A stretch of DNA of 63,529 bases, the filler included, from Octopus bimaculoides (Eukaryota): assembly GCF_001194135.2 (NCBI RefSeq). It is 7 parts of 5 records of this genome, joined end to end, with 100 filler letters (N's around TTAATTAATTAA, not from the genome) between each part and the next. Parts side by side here need not be neighbours in the genome. Positions count along the whole stretch, not along the records: positions 18,500 to 30,214 come from NC_068981.1; positions 30,315 to 32,307 come from NW_026296917.1; positions 32,408 to 59,389 come from NC_068983.1; 4 more parts are not named here. The stretch is one strand, 5' to 3'. The position numbers and the translations under genes were made by a program. The notes below the pieces were generated by a model. The model was not told where the DNA came from. It worked only from the letters and a program-made list of their open reading frames with translations, and searched no databases. Positions 25,093-37,835 of the stretch are shown here, piece by piece (the stretch's first letter is position 1; the number at the start of each line of letters is the position of its first letter).

Positions 25093-27040
25093 ATAATAGT
25101 CGTAGTGTTAGTAGTTGTAATAGTGCTAGTGTCTAAAATTAGAAGAGATGTCGTAGCTGATTCTTTAGTAGAGGTCTGAGTTTTCGTCTCTTTGATGTAG
25201 CGATAATGGATCCGCGGTTAGGTGTGATGGAATAGGAGAGTTTTATAGTGGATCCGTTATACCTAGTGGAATGGTAACTGTGTCTGTTGTCAGTTCGTCG
25301 CGTTTCCATTTCTAGTAACTAATGCTGAGGAGGAGATAACAACACCGAAATACGTGCATCCATCAGTCTGGTTAAAGAGTAGTTCGATCTGACTTGGTGT
25401 GATTAGACTTATTTGTCTACAGCGAGAAATTTTATTAATGACAAAATGCAGTGATTGGATTTCTTACAGATTCGAATATGCTTCAAGCTTATATGAACTG
25501 GTAACAAGTGTGTAATGAGAAATGTAAAGGCTACTAATAATTTCAACAACATCTATTCTGTGGTTAAAGCCACAATTAAGAACGGTAGTGTGAAAAATCA
25601 ACAATGCGTACAATTATACGCGAAGCTTGAATACCTTTAACGATAACTATAATAATTCGGTACCTCTATGAGTAATAACAATAATTATAATATGAATTAT
25701 CCTAACTATCTCAACCCTAATAACGATGACCGTATCACTCATAATTCTAATGATAGTACTAACAATCACGCTAACTATGCTGGAGCGGCTAATAATACAT
25801 TGTCCATAACCCACAATGACATGCATTTTCAGAGTACCTCTAGCAAAAGCAATTGCCCTTTCAGACGAAATTAACTCATGCTATCGCAGATATTACAAAA
25901 CTTTCTCTTGTTACTATAAACCATTATTATCCTCTGACTGAGCTAATTAAGCCGCCTTTTCTACGCTATCTTTCATTATAATACTTCATCGTCAACGATT
26001 GTATTCTTTCTACTGCTATATTTAGCTATAATCAAGCTTTCCTCGTCTTCAGCACTCTACCGCCGGCGTTTTCCACTCCTTTCACTTTCTGACTTGCACG
26101 TCGTTATATTTACTGGATTCCTCTCCTGTTTTTATTTATCTTTGCTTTCTATGCAACATACATCACTTTACAATGTCCTTCTGCATCCCGTTAGCATCTT
26201 TTAAGTTTTATCTTTATTTTCTTCGTCTCTTACCTCCCTCTTTCGACTGGTTTTCATTTGTTGTATACCATGCGTCTGCCTATATCTATGGAATTAACCA
26301 CCCTTTACTATTTTTTTCACACTCTTAATTTCTTCTTTGATAGATACCGGTCAGCATTTGATCTGGTTTCCGTTTACAATTTCCCTAATTTTTAATATTA
26401 TTTCCAATTTTATTTATTTTTTCTTGGTGCCATTAACCGACGTCTTTTAATAATCAACTCCACCTCAGCAACCCCACCACTTCTCACACCATCCAATATT
26501 TTCCTGCAGTTTTTTTTCACGTAATCCTCACTCTGCTGTTCTTGTCTCCTTTTTCCTTTTGAACTTAACAATATTCATAACTGATTTAGTTACCAGAATC
26601 TTCTAATAAGGATATCATCTTGCAACAAGAATTTCGCATAAACCGTGCTGATTCATACACGTACAACATTATTGGACCTCATAATATAACATACATTGTT
26701 ATGACCCAGTCATAACAATTTATATTCATGTATATCTCCACAGTCATGTATGTAAAGATAAGAATTTATTCATTACATAAGAATTTATTCATTGCCTGTA
26801 GACGCAACTTTCTATGTCAATTTATTACTTAAGCCTGTTTTGTTGATCTGTATTTTCTGTTCTCATACCTGTTCGACAAAGATTGTTCTTATAGCTACCT
26901 GCCCCAGAAGAAGAGTTGGGGTGCAGGTTTCAATTCCTCGTTTCTTTAGTATTGTATGTATAAAGTATACGTCATACATACACACGCTCACACACTCACG
27001 CACCCACATACTCACTTACAAACACACACACACACATGCA

Positions 27041-27074
<34 letters not shown>

Positions 27075-27422
27075 NNNNNNNNNNNNNNNNNNNNNNNNNN
27101 NNNNNNNNNNNNNNNNNNNNNNNNNNNNNNNNNNNNNNNNNNNNNNNNNNNNNNNNNNNNNNNNNNNNNNNNNNNNNNNNNNNNNNNNNNNNNNNNNNNN
27201 NNNNNNNNNNNNNNNNNNNNNNNNNNNNNNNNNNNNNNNNNNNNNNNNNNNNNNNNNNNNNNNNNNNNNNNNNNNNNNNNNNNNNNNNNNNNNNNNNNNN
27301 NNNNNNNNNNNNNNNNNNNNNNNNNNNNNNNNNNNNNNNNNNNNNNNNNNNNNNNNNNNNNNNNNNNNNNNNNNNNNNNNNNNNNNNNNNNNNNNNNNNN
27401 NNNNNNNNNNNNNNNNNNNNNN

Positions 27423-27462
<40 letters not shown>

Positions 27463-27611
27463 AAAATGACGGATAAACAAAAGTAGGTGTAATGAGGCAA
27501 GTTGCGTAAGAGAGTAACTGATGCTTTTAAGTCCTATCATTACAGCTGTTTCGGATAAAAACAGCCGCTATAACGCTAAACACATATTTGCGTGTATATG
27601 TATGCATATAT

Positions 27612-27658
<47 letters not shown>

Positions 27659-28104
27659 TCTCAACAACCCCTAGCTTGATACGTACCTTTTGATCACTTT
27701 ATCGTTTGTGTGCCCTCACTAGAACGGCTTCTACATCTCTTAACTAGCAAGATGCATAATATGTCGACTTCAAATTAGCGAAATCATTCTCTACTCTTTC
27801 ACTCTCAATCACTGCTGTGTTATATTTCGAATGAATTATTTTCTCATTCCTTCATTTGTAGAGTTAAATTTTTATGGAATCCTCTTCTTGCTTAATTTTC
27901 GTTCACAAGTTGATGTGCAGAACTCCAAACTAAGCCTCAATCACACACACCAATTTCATCATTTTGGAAAGAATACCTAAATATTGTTCCACCCTTCCTC
28001 CTTTTAACACTAATTGAAAAAAAAATGTATTATGTTCTTAAGTTTACATGAAACTAAATATACCTAACGATATATAAACCGTATGTAAATATAACGTATT
28101 CCAT

Positions 28105-28433
28105 TAAATACAAGGCCGCTTATGGAATATAACTGTGGGTTCCCGTTCCGAGGTGGTAAGCTCCTCATCTGGGATGCCACATGCTGGTACACCTTCTCCA
28201 GCGGAAATTTGGTGTATTTAGCAACCAGTCCAGGCTCCATTGCTCGCCAGGTCAAGAAGCGCGAACTGTCAAAGCATCGGTCGCTCTTTGACTGGTTTGT
28301 GGTCGAGCCCGTGGTAGTGAAGAGTTCCGGCGTCCTCTACTCTCGGGCGGCATTCATGTTCACTGCTATTAAGGTGGAGATGGCTATCTGCAAGTGCAAG
28401 CCCCCTGAGTCGAAATCCAGCTCGTGCCGATAG
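28105..28433 (+). mobile_element. Decayed C-terminal restriction-like endonuclease fragment of a CRE-like non-LTR element
   Basis: FPFRGGKLLIWDATCWYTF...GSIARQVKKRELSKHRSL...VEPVVVKSSG matches the PDG...WDATC.DT...AE..K..KY..L...F.P...ET.G pattern I associate with CRE-type RLE domains. Confidence 0.6.
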
Positions 28434-29661
28434 AAATACAATAAAAGTAAAATAAAAGATATGTTCGTTACAGTTATCAAATGCTAGAATTTCTATGGAA
28501 GTTTATACGCCTCACTCAACTTTGGAGACATGAGCCAATGTTAGAAATTAACATATATTTATATCAGAGTAAAGACCTGCTAAATAACAGTGCATCGAAT
28601 TATAGTGATGTACCTCTAATCACTTTAAAAGTCTACAAACTTTGAATTGCGAATCTTTAAGATACCAATTGTCTCAATGCTAGACATTAGATACATTATG
28701 TCTGACAAGTGATCTACAAGTGTCCAAGTTCTAGAGACCGAAGGCTAGCTGTCAGCATTGATGTTAGAAAATACATAATACGTTAATGAATGCATATACA
28801 TCTCCTTCTCAATATGGCAGCCGTCAGCAAACATCGTTTTCCGTTTACATTTGTTATTTGCTGCTTTACTTTTTTTTTTATTAGCTGTTACTTTAAATAG
28901 TTCGTGCATCAGACTTTATTGATGACATTTTGGCAAGTTTTGCGCGACATATAGCCTGTAATATTGACGTTAGCGGTTATTGAAAGCTAAATAAAAACAA
29001 AACGCAAAAATTAGAAAAAATAACAATACGTGTTGATTTATACGCAAACGTATCTCTGTCAGACAAAAAAAGCTCACTGGTAAAAGTATCTGTGAAAGTA
29101 GCGGCCGAGGGAAACACTTTAATACATGTAATTGTAGACCACGAAATGAATTGATCCTGCTTCTGGGGGAATAATGGCGTGTCACTGAACATCTTTTCGT
29201 ATCACATTAGTTACGAAAATACCAATAAAGCGTGGGGTATTGGGTTATAAATGTATAAATATATACAGAGTCACATCACCCGTGTTGGGTTTAGTCTCAC
29301 CATTTTGATGTAAGGATAGAAATTACATGTTTCCTTGTATTTAAAAATTCATCTCGATTGGGTTATCTCATTCTCCCCGAGTATATTAGCTGATGTAAGA
29401 TGCATATTAGAGCATATACAATCATGGACCGAGGTATAAACTTATTTATCTAATGGTACGAAGTTGACGTCGAATCATTATTTCGATACAATCAAGTATG
29501 TGCCTTGGCACATAAACATTTATATTTTAATGAGTTGGCTAGGCTCAATTTGGGACAGAGATGAGAATTAAAAGTTCAATCTTCAGTCCCAGCAGAAGCC
29601 GCCTCGTGGGTCTGAATTTGTAACGAGAGTTAAGACACATACATGCGCGAGCATATGCATA

Positions 29662-29698
<37 letters not shown>

Positions 29699-30394
29699 NN
29701 NNNNNNNNNNNNNNNNNNNNNNNNNNNNNNNNNNNNNNNNNNNNNNNNNNNNNNNNNNNNNNNNNNNNNNNNNNNNNNNNNNNNNNNNNNNNNNNNNNNN
29801 NNNNNNNNNNNNNNNNNNNNNNNNNNNNNNNNNNNNNNNNNNNNNNNNNNNNNNNNNNNNNNNNNNNNNNNNNNNNNNNNNNNNNNNNNNNNNNNNNNNN
29901 NNNNNTATATATAGGTTATATTTGCTTCAGTTATTCTATTGCCACCATGCTAGGGTACCGCCTTGAACAATTTTAGTAGAAAAAATATATTACAGTATAT
30001 ATCATTTGTTAGCGTGAGGTACTATTTATATCGGTATACTTTTGCCGAAACGTTAGGTTCCAGGATGCGCTAAGTTACCGGTGTTGGTATGTTTGTAAAC
30101 ACAGGAACACCGAGACAAGCACAGACATATACACATTCACTCAAAAACACATACACGCACGCAATCACACACACTCACACCATCGCCCCCCCCCCACACA
30201 CACACAAACACAACNNNNNNNNNNNNNNNNNNNNNNNNNNNNNNNNNNNNNNNNNNNNTTAATTAATTAANNNNNNNNNNNNNNNNNNNNNNNNNNNNNN
30301 NNNNNNNNNNNNNNAAGCGGACGTTAAACGATGATGATGATGATGATATATATATATACATATGTTTGTATGCTCCACAGATATATACGCATAG

Positions 30395-30542
30395 GTGTTC
30401 CTGTGTGGTAAGAAGTTTGCTTTCCAACCACAGGATTCCGTGTTCAGTCCTACTGCATGGCACCTTGGGCAATTCTCTTCTATTATGACCTCAGGCCTTA
30501 TAAGTGAACCTTATCAGATGGAGACTAAAGTGAGCCCATCGT

Positions 30543-30591
<49 letters not shown>

Positions 30592-30815
30592 TTCATGCAT
30601 GTGTGTGTGTGTGTGTCTGTCTGTTCCCTCCCACCCACACCATAACTTGACAACCGATGGTGGCGTGTTTACATCCCCGTAACTTCATTCGGTAAAGAAG
30701 ACTGATAGAATAAGTACTAAGCGTTCAAAGAGTAAGTCCTGGGGCCGATTTGTTCGGCTAAAGCCCTTTACGGCACTGCTCCAGCATGACCACAGTCACA
30801 TTAATGAAACAAAGA
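30395..30815 (+). mobile_element. SINE family A with internal (TA)n
   Basis: gtgtggtaagaagtttgctttccaacc...gcaccttgggcaa...cttgacaaccgatggtggcgtgtttacatccccgtaactt...ctccagcatgaccacagtc. Confidence 0.8.
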
Positions 30816-32149
30816 AAAGAATAGAAGATGTGTATATATATATCTATAGGTGGATGGCTAGATAAATAGAAAGATAGAAAGATAGACAGATAGACAGACA
30901 GAAAGATAGATACATAAATAGACTGATAGAGAATATGACATTGGTGGTGCCCCTGCATGGCCATGACCTTTACACTGGNNNNNNNNNNNNNNNNNNNNNN
31001 NNNNNNNNNNNNNNNNNNNNNNNNNNNNNNNNNNNNNNNNNNNNNNNNNNNNNNNNNNNNNNNNNNNNNNNNNNNNNNNNNNNNNNNNNNNNNNNNNNNN
31101 NNNNNNNNNNNNNNNNNNNNNNNNNNNNNNNNNNNNNNNNNNNNNNNNNNNNNNNNNNNNNNNNNNNNNNNNNNNNNNNNNNNNNNNNNNNNNNNNNNNN
31201 NNNNNNNNNNNNNNNNNNNNNNNNNNNNNNNNNNNNNNNNNNNNNNNNNNNNNNNNNNNNNNNNNNNNNNNNNNNNNNNNNNNNNNNNNNNNNNNNNNNN
31301 NNNNNNNNNNNNNNNNNNNNNNNNNNNNNNNNNNNNNNNNNNNNNNNNNNNNNNNNNNNNNNNNNNNNNNNNNNNNNNNNNNNNNNNNNNNNNNNNNNNN
31401 NNNNNNNNNNNNNNNNNNNNNNNNNNNNNNNNNNNNNNNNNNNNNNNNNNNNNNNNNNNNNNNNNNNNNNNNNNNNNNNNNNNNNNNNNNNNNNNNNNNN
31501 NNNNNNNNNNNNNNNNNNNNNNNNNNNNNNNNNNNNNNNNNNNNNNNNNNNNNNNNNNNNNNNTATCAGTCTATATGTGTATATATATACATTCATACAT
31601 ACATATATATAGTTTAAATTTATAGCAAAACAAAAGATGAAACCAGGTGTAGGATCAACAAGCAAGTGTATGAGTTTGACACTCAGAAAAGTGGAAAAAA
31701 ATAGTAAAACAAAATACATCGAGAGAGAATGAAAACAATGTGTAGAGTTCAGAGCTCCATCATCATATATGTATATATGTATGTATATATTTGATTTTGT
31801 TTATAATAAATTTTATTAAAGCTTATTAAAGGGTTCATCTCCATTTTCTTGTTTTCATTTGAATGATTATAAACCATGGTTTATATGTGAACCTACTATT
31901 TTCCCTAAACATATTAGGTATTTAACCAGTAACTCTTTGAATGGTGCCATCCCTTAACTGAGGCTAATTTAACCTCTAATTGAACTTATGTATATATATG
32001 AAAACATCCAAGATTGCATTCTGATAGGAAAACACCCAAAGGTGCTGCTTCACCTTTTTAATCAGTGGACGGCAGAAGAAAATAAAAATAGAATAAATAA
32101 ACTTATCTTTAATAAATTCAAAATAAATAACACAGTGATTGTGATGATA

Positions 32150-32185
<36 letters not shown>

Positions 32186-32409
32186 TTGATGACGAAGGTG
32201 ATAATGCTGTTGTTGTTGTTGGTGTAAGTATTCACATTCATTGTGAAGAAAGTGAAGTTTATACTGAACAATGCATATTCATTAGAAAAATTACAGTTTC
32301 TAAGGGTNNNNNNNNNNNNNNNNNNNNNNNNNNNNNNNNNNNNNNNNNNNNTTAATTAATTAANNNNNNNNNNNNNNNNNNNNNNNNNNNNNNNNNNNNN
32401 NNNNNNNAT

Positions 32410-32575
32410 ACACGAAAGGCTTCTTACAGTTTCTGTCAACAAAATCCACTCACAAAGCCTTGGTCGACCCGGAGCTATAGTATTTGACACTTATGCAAGA
32501 AGTCACGCAGTGGGAGTGAACCCAAAACCATGTGTTTGGTAAGCAAACGTCTTACGCACAGAGCCACACGTGCAG
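32410..32575 (-). mobile_element. SINE family A 5' half
   Basis: Reverse complement of the family A head and core (atccactcacaaagccttggtcgacc...cgcagtgggagtgaaccc). Confidence 0.75.
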
Positions 32576-32652
32576 CTTATCACTGTCTTTATGTCTCTCT
32601 CTCTTTCTCCATCTGTCTGTCTCTCTGTCCCTCTCCCTCTACCCTTGTCTCT

Positions 32653-32700
<48 letters not shown>

Positions 32701-32806
32701 CATACACGTGTGTGTGTGTGTGTATTTCTCAAAAAGTAGATTATCTTGCATATTACTTATTGAACAAACAAATACTGTCAGGTAATTACCAGCAATCTGT
32801 TTTCAG

Positions 32807-32838
32807 AGATCAAAGAACAGCATTCTCCGTTTTCTAAG
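32807..32838 (+). CDS. Candidate 32-nt microexon of the + strand gene ([E]IKEQHSPFSK)
   Basis: ctgttttcag|AGATCAAAGAACAGCATTCTCCGTTTTCTAAG|gtaagc; a phase-1 entry is compatible with the 3025-3052 candidate. Splice signals only. Confidence 0.3.
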
Positions 32839-33248
32839 GTAAGCAACTTTCACACACATACACTCATATTATATCTTCCGCCATCGCACGTTGTTACCCT
32901 CTATCACATCACACTTACATATGGAAATACAAGGATACACAAAGGTAATTGTTTGTCTTGTAATTATTCTATAATAAGAAATATTTGAAGAAAGACAAAC
33001 ATGTGAAAGAGCGAAGACGGTGGCATATATGAAAAAAAAAAACACTGCCGTATACTGTCAGGTACCACGTGTCAGCGGGTGGTAGTCTATAAAGCTGACG
33101 TCAGGTCAATTTCCTTTCACCTTTAAGTGTCCATACAAAGTTTTATATAACAATACCGTCTGTTTACTTTGCATGCACTTGAAGGTGGCAACTAAGACAT
33201 GCATGGCTCATGAATGCATGTATCATTCTCTCTACTTCCCTTTCTTTT

Positions 33249-33284
<36 letters not shown>

Positions 33285-33315
33285 ACCTTTCTTTATCTCT
33301 CTCGCCCTCTCGCTC

Positions 33316-33352
<37 letters not shown>

Positions 33353-33469
33353 AGGAGGTGCATAACATCTTTACATTTATACATACACACGATTTATAAA
33401 TGCACACGTATACATATATATTCACATGTACATATATCCACAAATACACAAAAATGTGTATGTGTGTCT

Positions 33470-33824
33470 GTATAGCAGTGTGTTAAGAAGCTTGTTTCCC
33501 AACCACATGGTTCTGGGTTCAGTCCCACTGCGTGGCAAGTGTCTTCCACTACAGCCTCGGGCCGACCAGAGCCTTGTGAGTGGATTTGGTTGACAGAAAC
33601 CGAAAGAAGCCCGTCGTATTTATATATATATATATATATATGTGTGTGTATTTGTGTGTCTGTGTTTATCCCCTCATCATCGCTCGACAACCGATGTTGG
33701 TGTGTTTAAGTCCACGTAACTTAGCGGTTCGGCATAGGAGACCAACAAAAAAAGCACTAGGCTTACGATGAATATGTCAATGATTGTTCGACTAATGATT
33801 ACAATGATTTGTTCGACTAAAGGC
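33470..33824 (+). mobile_element. SINE family A running into an N gap
   Basis: agcttgtttcccaaccacatggttctgggttcagtcccactgcgtggc...cgtaacttagcggttcggc. Confidence 0.8.
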
Positions 33825-34797
33825 NNNNNNNNNNNNNNNNNNNNNNNNNNNNNNNNNNNNNNNNNNNNNNNNNNNNNNNNNNNNNNNNNNNNNNNNNNNN
33901 NNNNNNNNNNNNNNNNNNNNNNNNNNNNNNNNNNNNNNNNNNNNNNNNNNNNNNNNNNNNNNNNNNNNNNNNNNNNNNNNNNNNNNNNNNNNNNNNNNNN
34001 NNNNNNNNNNNNNNNNNNNNNNNNNNNNNNNNNNNNNNNNNNNNNNNNNNNNNNNNNNNNNNNNNNNNNNNNNNNNNNNNNNNNNNNNNNNNNNNNNNNN
34101 NNNNNNNNNNNNNNNNNNNNNNNNNNNNNNNNNNNNNNNNNNNNNNNNNNNNNNNNNNNNNNNNNNNNNNNNNNNNNNNNNNNNNNNNNNNNNNNNNNNN
34201 NNNNNNNNNNNNNNNNNNNNNNNNNNNNNNNNNNNNNNNNNNNNNNNNNNNNNNNNNNNNNNNNNNNNNNNNNNNNNNNNNNNNNNNNNNNNNNNNNNNN
34301 NNNNNNNNNNNNNNNNNNNNNNNNNNNNNNNNNNNNNNNNNNNNNNNNNNNNNNNNNNNNNNNNNNNNNNNNNNNNNNNNNNNNNNNNNNNNNNNNNNNN
34401 NNNNNNNNNNNNNNNNNNNNNNNNNNNNNNNNNNNNNNNNNNNNNNNNNNNNNNNNNNNNNNNNNNNNNNNNNNNNNNNNNNNNNNNAAAAGTAACATCC
34501 ACCCCTAGGGGTCAGCCACATTTAAGTGGCAATATACTTCACTTTATCGTGCAGTTACTGTTAATACCTAACTTAGAGAATTAACATTGCTTATATATAT
34601 ATATTTTATTTTATATTATATATTGTATATTATATTATATATTGTATATTCCATATTCTATACCCCACATTAGTTCTGCAGGAATATAAATAAAACATAA
34701 AAAACAGACAGTGTTGGAACTCTTTTAAGCAAAATAATATATTCCTCTATACACAATCATACAAAAAAATCCACCTTTTTTTGTATTTATTTTTACT

Positions 34798-34839
<42 letters not shown>

Positions 34840-35129
34840 TAGATATATGTATATGTACATATGTTTCTTGGTATATATGTGTGTATATGTGTGTGTGTAT
34901 TTATATATGTACGTTTGTATGTATTATCTACAAGTATATCTGTATACGCTTACATTCGCATAATATACTGAGTTTATGAACTTCAATTAGCTATAGCTTA
35001 AAAAACGTTCGTCTGTTTCCATGGCGTTCTTTAGATGTTGCAGCCCACATCTTCTATATTAACTCCTCGACTTTTCTACCAGCCAGGAAGTACGTTCTGT
35101 TGAAAATCTGTGCTACTATTGATGTTGTT

Positions 35130-35555
35130 ATTACTCTTTTACTTGTTTCAGTCATTTGACTGCGGCCATACTGAAGCACCGCCTTTAGTCGAGCAAATCG
35201 ACTCCAGGACTTATTCTTTGTAAGCCTAGTACTTATTCTATCGGTCTCTTTTGCCGAACCGTTAAGTTACGGTGACGTAAACACACCAGCATCGGTTGTC
35301 AAGCGATGGTGGGGGGGGGGGGGGGGACAAACACAGACACACAAAAACACACACACACATATATATATACATATACATATATATATACGACGGGCTTGTT
35401 TTCGGTTTCCGGTTACCAAATCCACTCACAAGGCTTTGGTCGGCCCGAGGCTATAGTAGAAGATAACTGCCCAAGGTGCCACGCAGTGGGACTGAACCCG
35501 GGACCATGTGATTCGTAAGCAAGCTACTGACCACACAGCCACTCCTACTCCTATG
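35130..35555 (-). mobile_element. Full-length, well-preserved SINE family A
   Basis: Runs from the tail tactctttttacttgtttcagtcatttgactgcggcc to the head ccacacagccactcc on the plus strand. Confidence 0.88.
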
Positions 35556-35574
35556 CAAACTTTTTTTATGATCC

Positions 35575-35993
35575 ACAACTGTAGCGAGTATATGGTGCTT
35601 TGAAAGCCTTCCCCCAAGCGTTGGTCGATGGAAGGTGCACACTCCTTCAGCATGGCAATGTCCCAGCACATACTGTCAATATAACCAAGCGCAAACTTGA
35701 GGAACTTGAGGAACTCAAATTGCTGTTTCACCCTGCCTACAGGCCAAACATTGCACTATCAGGTTACCTCCTTTCCGAGCCATGGCTAATTTTCTACACG
35801 TACGGAAGTTCAACAACATGGATGAGGTTGAAAATGGGTGCACGGAGATTTTTGCCTCTAAACCAGCCAAATGTTGGCAACAGATAATAGAATATGATGA
35901 GATATATTTTGATGAATAAACGCTTCTCGTATGTGCTTTGCTTGAACTATTAATGAAAGCTTGAGGTACGAAAAAACTTTTGACTCAACCTAG
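35575..35993 (+). mobile_element. Mariner 3' fragment with right TIR, inside Mnx intron
   Basis: LLQHGNVPAHT...LFHPAYRPNIALSGY (decayed HDNA.PH / HPPYSPDLAPSDY); ends aaaacttttgactcaacctag|TA. Confidence 0.75.
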
Positions 35994-36148
35994 TATGTCT
36001 AACAGTCTTATGTATGTATGTATGTATGTATGTATGTATGTATGTATGTATGTATGTATGTAGGTAGGTAGGTAGGTAGGTAGGTAGGCAGGTTGATAGG
36101 TAGGCAGGTTGATAGGCAGGAAGATAAGTATAAAGAAGGGGAGATTAC

Positions 36149-36309
36149 CTGTGTTTCCGTCAGCATTAATGACGTGGCGACTTCAAAACGTTTTGGTCTG
36201 GAAAGGTATTTGTTGAGTTTGAACTGTCGTTCAAGTTCTAAAAGCTGTTGGCTTGTAAATGCTGTTCTTGGTCTCCGCGTCTTACCAACAATGTTCGGCT
36301 GACCCTGAC
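36149..36309 (-). CDS. Mnx: Mnx (HB9/exex) homeobox exon, N-terminal part of the homeodomain up to helix 3
   Basis: Translates [54 protein letters not shown], matching the Mnx family homeodomain ([42 protein letters not shown]). Acceptor tttttcaag| (phase 1) and donor CAG|GTAATC just before the expected VKIWFQNRR. Confidence 0.95.
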
Positions 36310-37300
36310 CTTGAAAAACAAATAAGATAAGTAAGCACATAAACACACCTTGTATCAAGAATGCTATCAACTTAGTCGATTCAGTTTTATAAGATTAACT
36401 AACTGCATACTTTGTTTTACGCAGCGGCTGTTGTTGAGCAAATATAACAAGCGGTAATACATTCATGAATAATGATGAGATTCAGTCACGTGACTCATTT
36501 CTGTTGATTGTAATACATCTCCAGTTTAACTCTAATCGAGTAGACATGATTTCAATGATTTTCTAGACGTCACCATAACATTTTCTATAACCACTATTGC
36601 AATTATCTAATAAGTCTTTGCTTTTTTCAAAAGCATTAGACTGTGATCTAAGGAAGATTGGCTGTTATGTCTAACAGGTTGAACAACAACGTAGAGGTCT
36701 CCTTCATTCACTTCACTCATTATTTTTCTCTTCCATTGATTAGAATGTTAGTGCTGGTGTTGTTGGCAGTTTCTCTGTGTATCAGGTCAAATTTTACCGA
36801 AAAGAAGTATGATCAAAAGCAAGCTGTCATGACCATGTCGTCTGTTTATGAAGTACCTAAGATTACAGTGTACAATGTGCCATTTGTTTGTATAAAACTG
36901 TACTGTGTGATTTTAAGGGGATTTAGCTTGCGAGTTCTAGTAGATTGAGCTAATGTACGGAAGCTCCATATTTGCTCGAAATAGCATCGAACAATTATAG
37001 TCAAATCTAATGAGGCTACACATGCATATGTATGTGAGAGAGAGAGATACAGAGAGATAGAATGGAAGAGAGATAGAATGGAAGAGAGAAAGAACGTGAG
37101 CATTGTATGTGCGTGTGTGTACGCATGGGTGCGCGCGCGCGTGTGTGTGTGTGTGTGTGTGTGTGTTTATAATTTTAATATGACAGAGCCATCAGATTTC
37201 GAAACATCAACCTTATTGAGATTGAATAAAATGAAACAATTTCTGTTCTAAAATTAGAAAGTCATTTTACTATTTCTCCTTTTTCTCTTCATCACTGTGA

Positions 37301-37355
<55 letters not shown>

Positions 37356-37790
37356 NNNNNNNNNNNNNNNNNNNNNNNNNNNNNNNNNNNNNNNNNNNNN
37401 NNNNNNNNNNNNNNNNNNNNNNNNNNNNNNNNNNNNNNNNNNNNNNNNNNNNNNNNNNNNNNNNNNNNNNNNNNNNNNNNNNNNNNNNNNNNNNNNNNNN
37501 NNNNNNNNNNNNNNNNNNNNNNNNNNNNNNNNNNNNNNNNNNNNNNNNNNNNNNNNNNNNNNNNNNNNNNNNNNNNNNNNNNNNNNNNNNNNNNNNNNNN
37601 NNNNNNNNNNNNNNNNNNNNNNNNNNNNNNNNNNNNNNNNNNNNNNNNNNNNNNNNNNNNNNNNNNNNNNNNNNNNNNNNNNNNNNNNNNNNNNNNNNNN
37701 NNNNNNNNNNNNNNNNNNNNNNNNNNNNNNNNNNNNNNNNNNNNNNNNNNNNNNNNNNNNNNNNNNNNNNNNNNNNNNNNNNNNNNNNNN

Positions 37791-37835
<45 letters not shown>

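Noticed and set aside
25295-25312. Minus-strand AAATGGAAACGC (KWKR) as possible Mnx exon 3
   Set aside because: Preceded by a TAG stop, with no WFQNRRM or acceptor.
25668-25874. Asn-rich 68-aa ORF (MSNNNNYN...)
   Set aside because: Reads as decayed (AAT/AAC)n sequence, with no splice signals or family motif.
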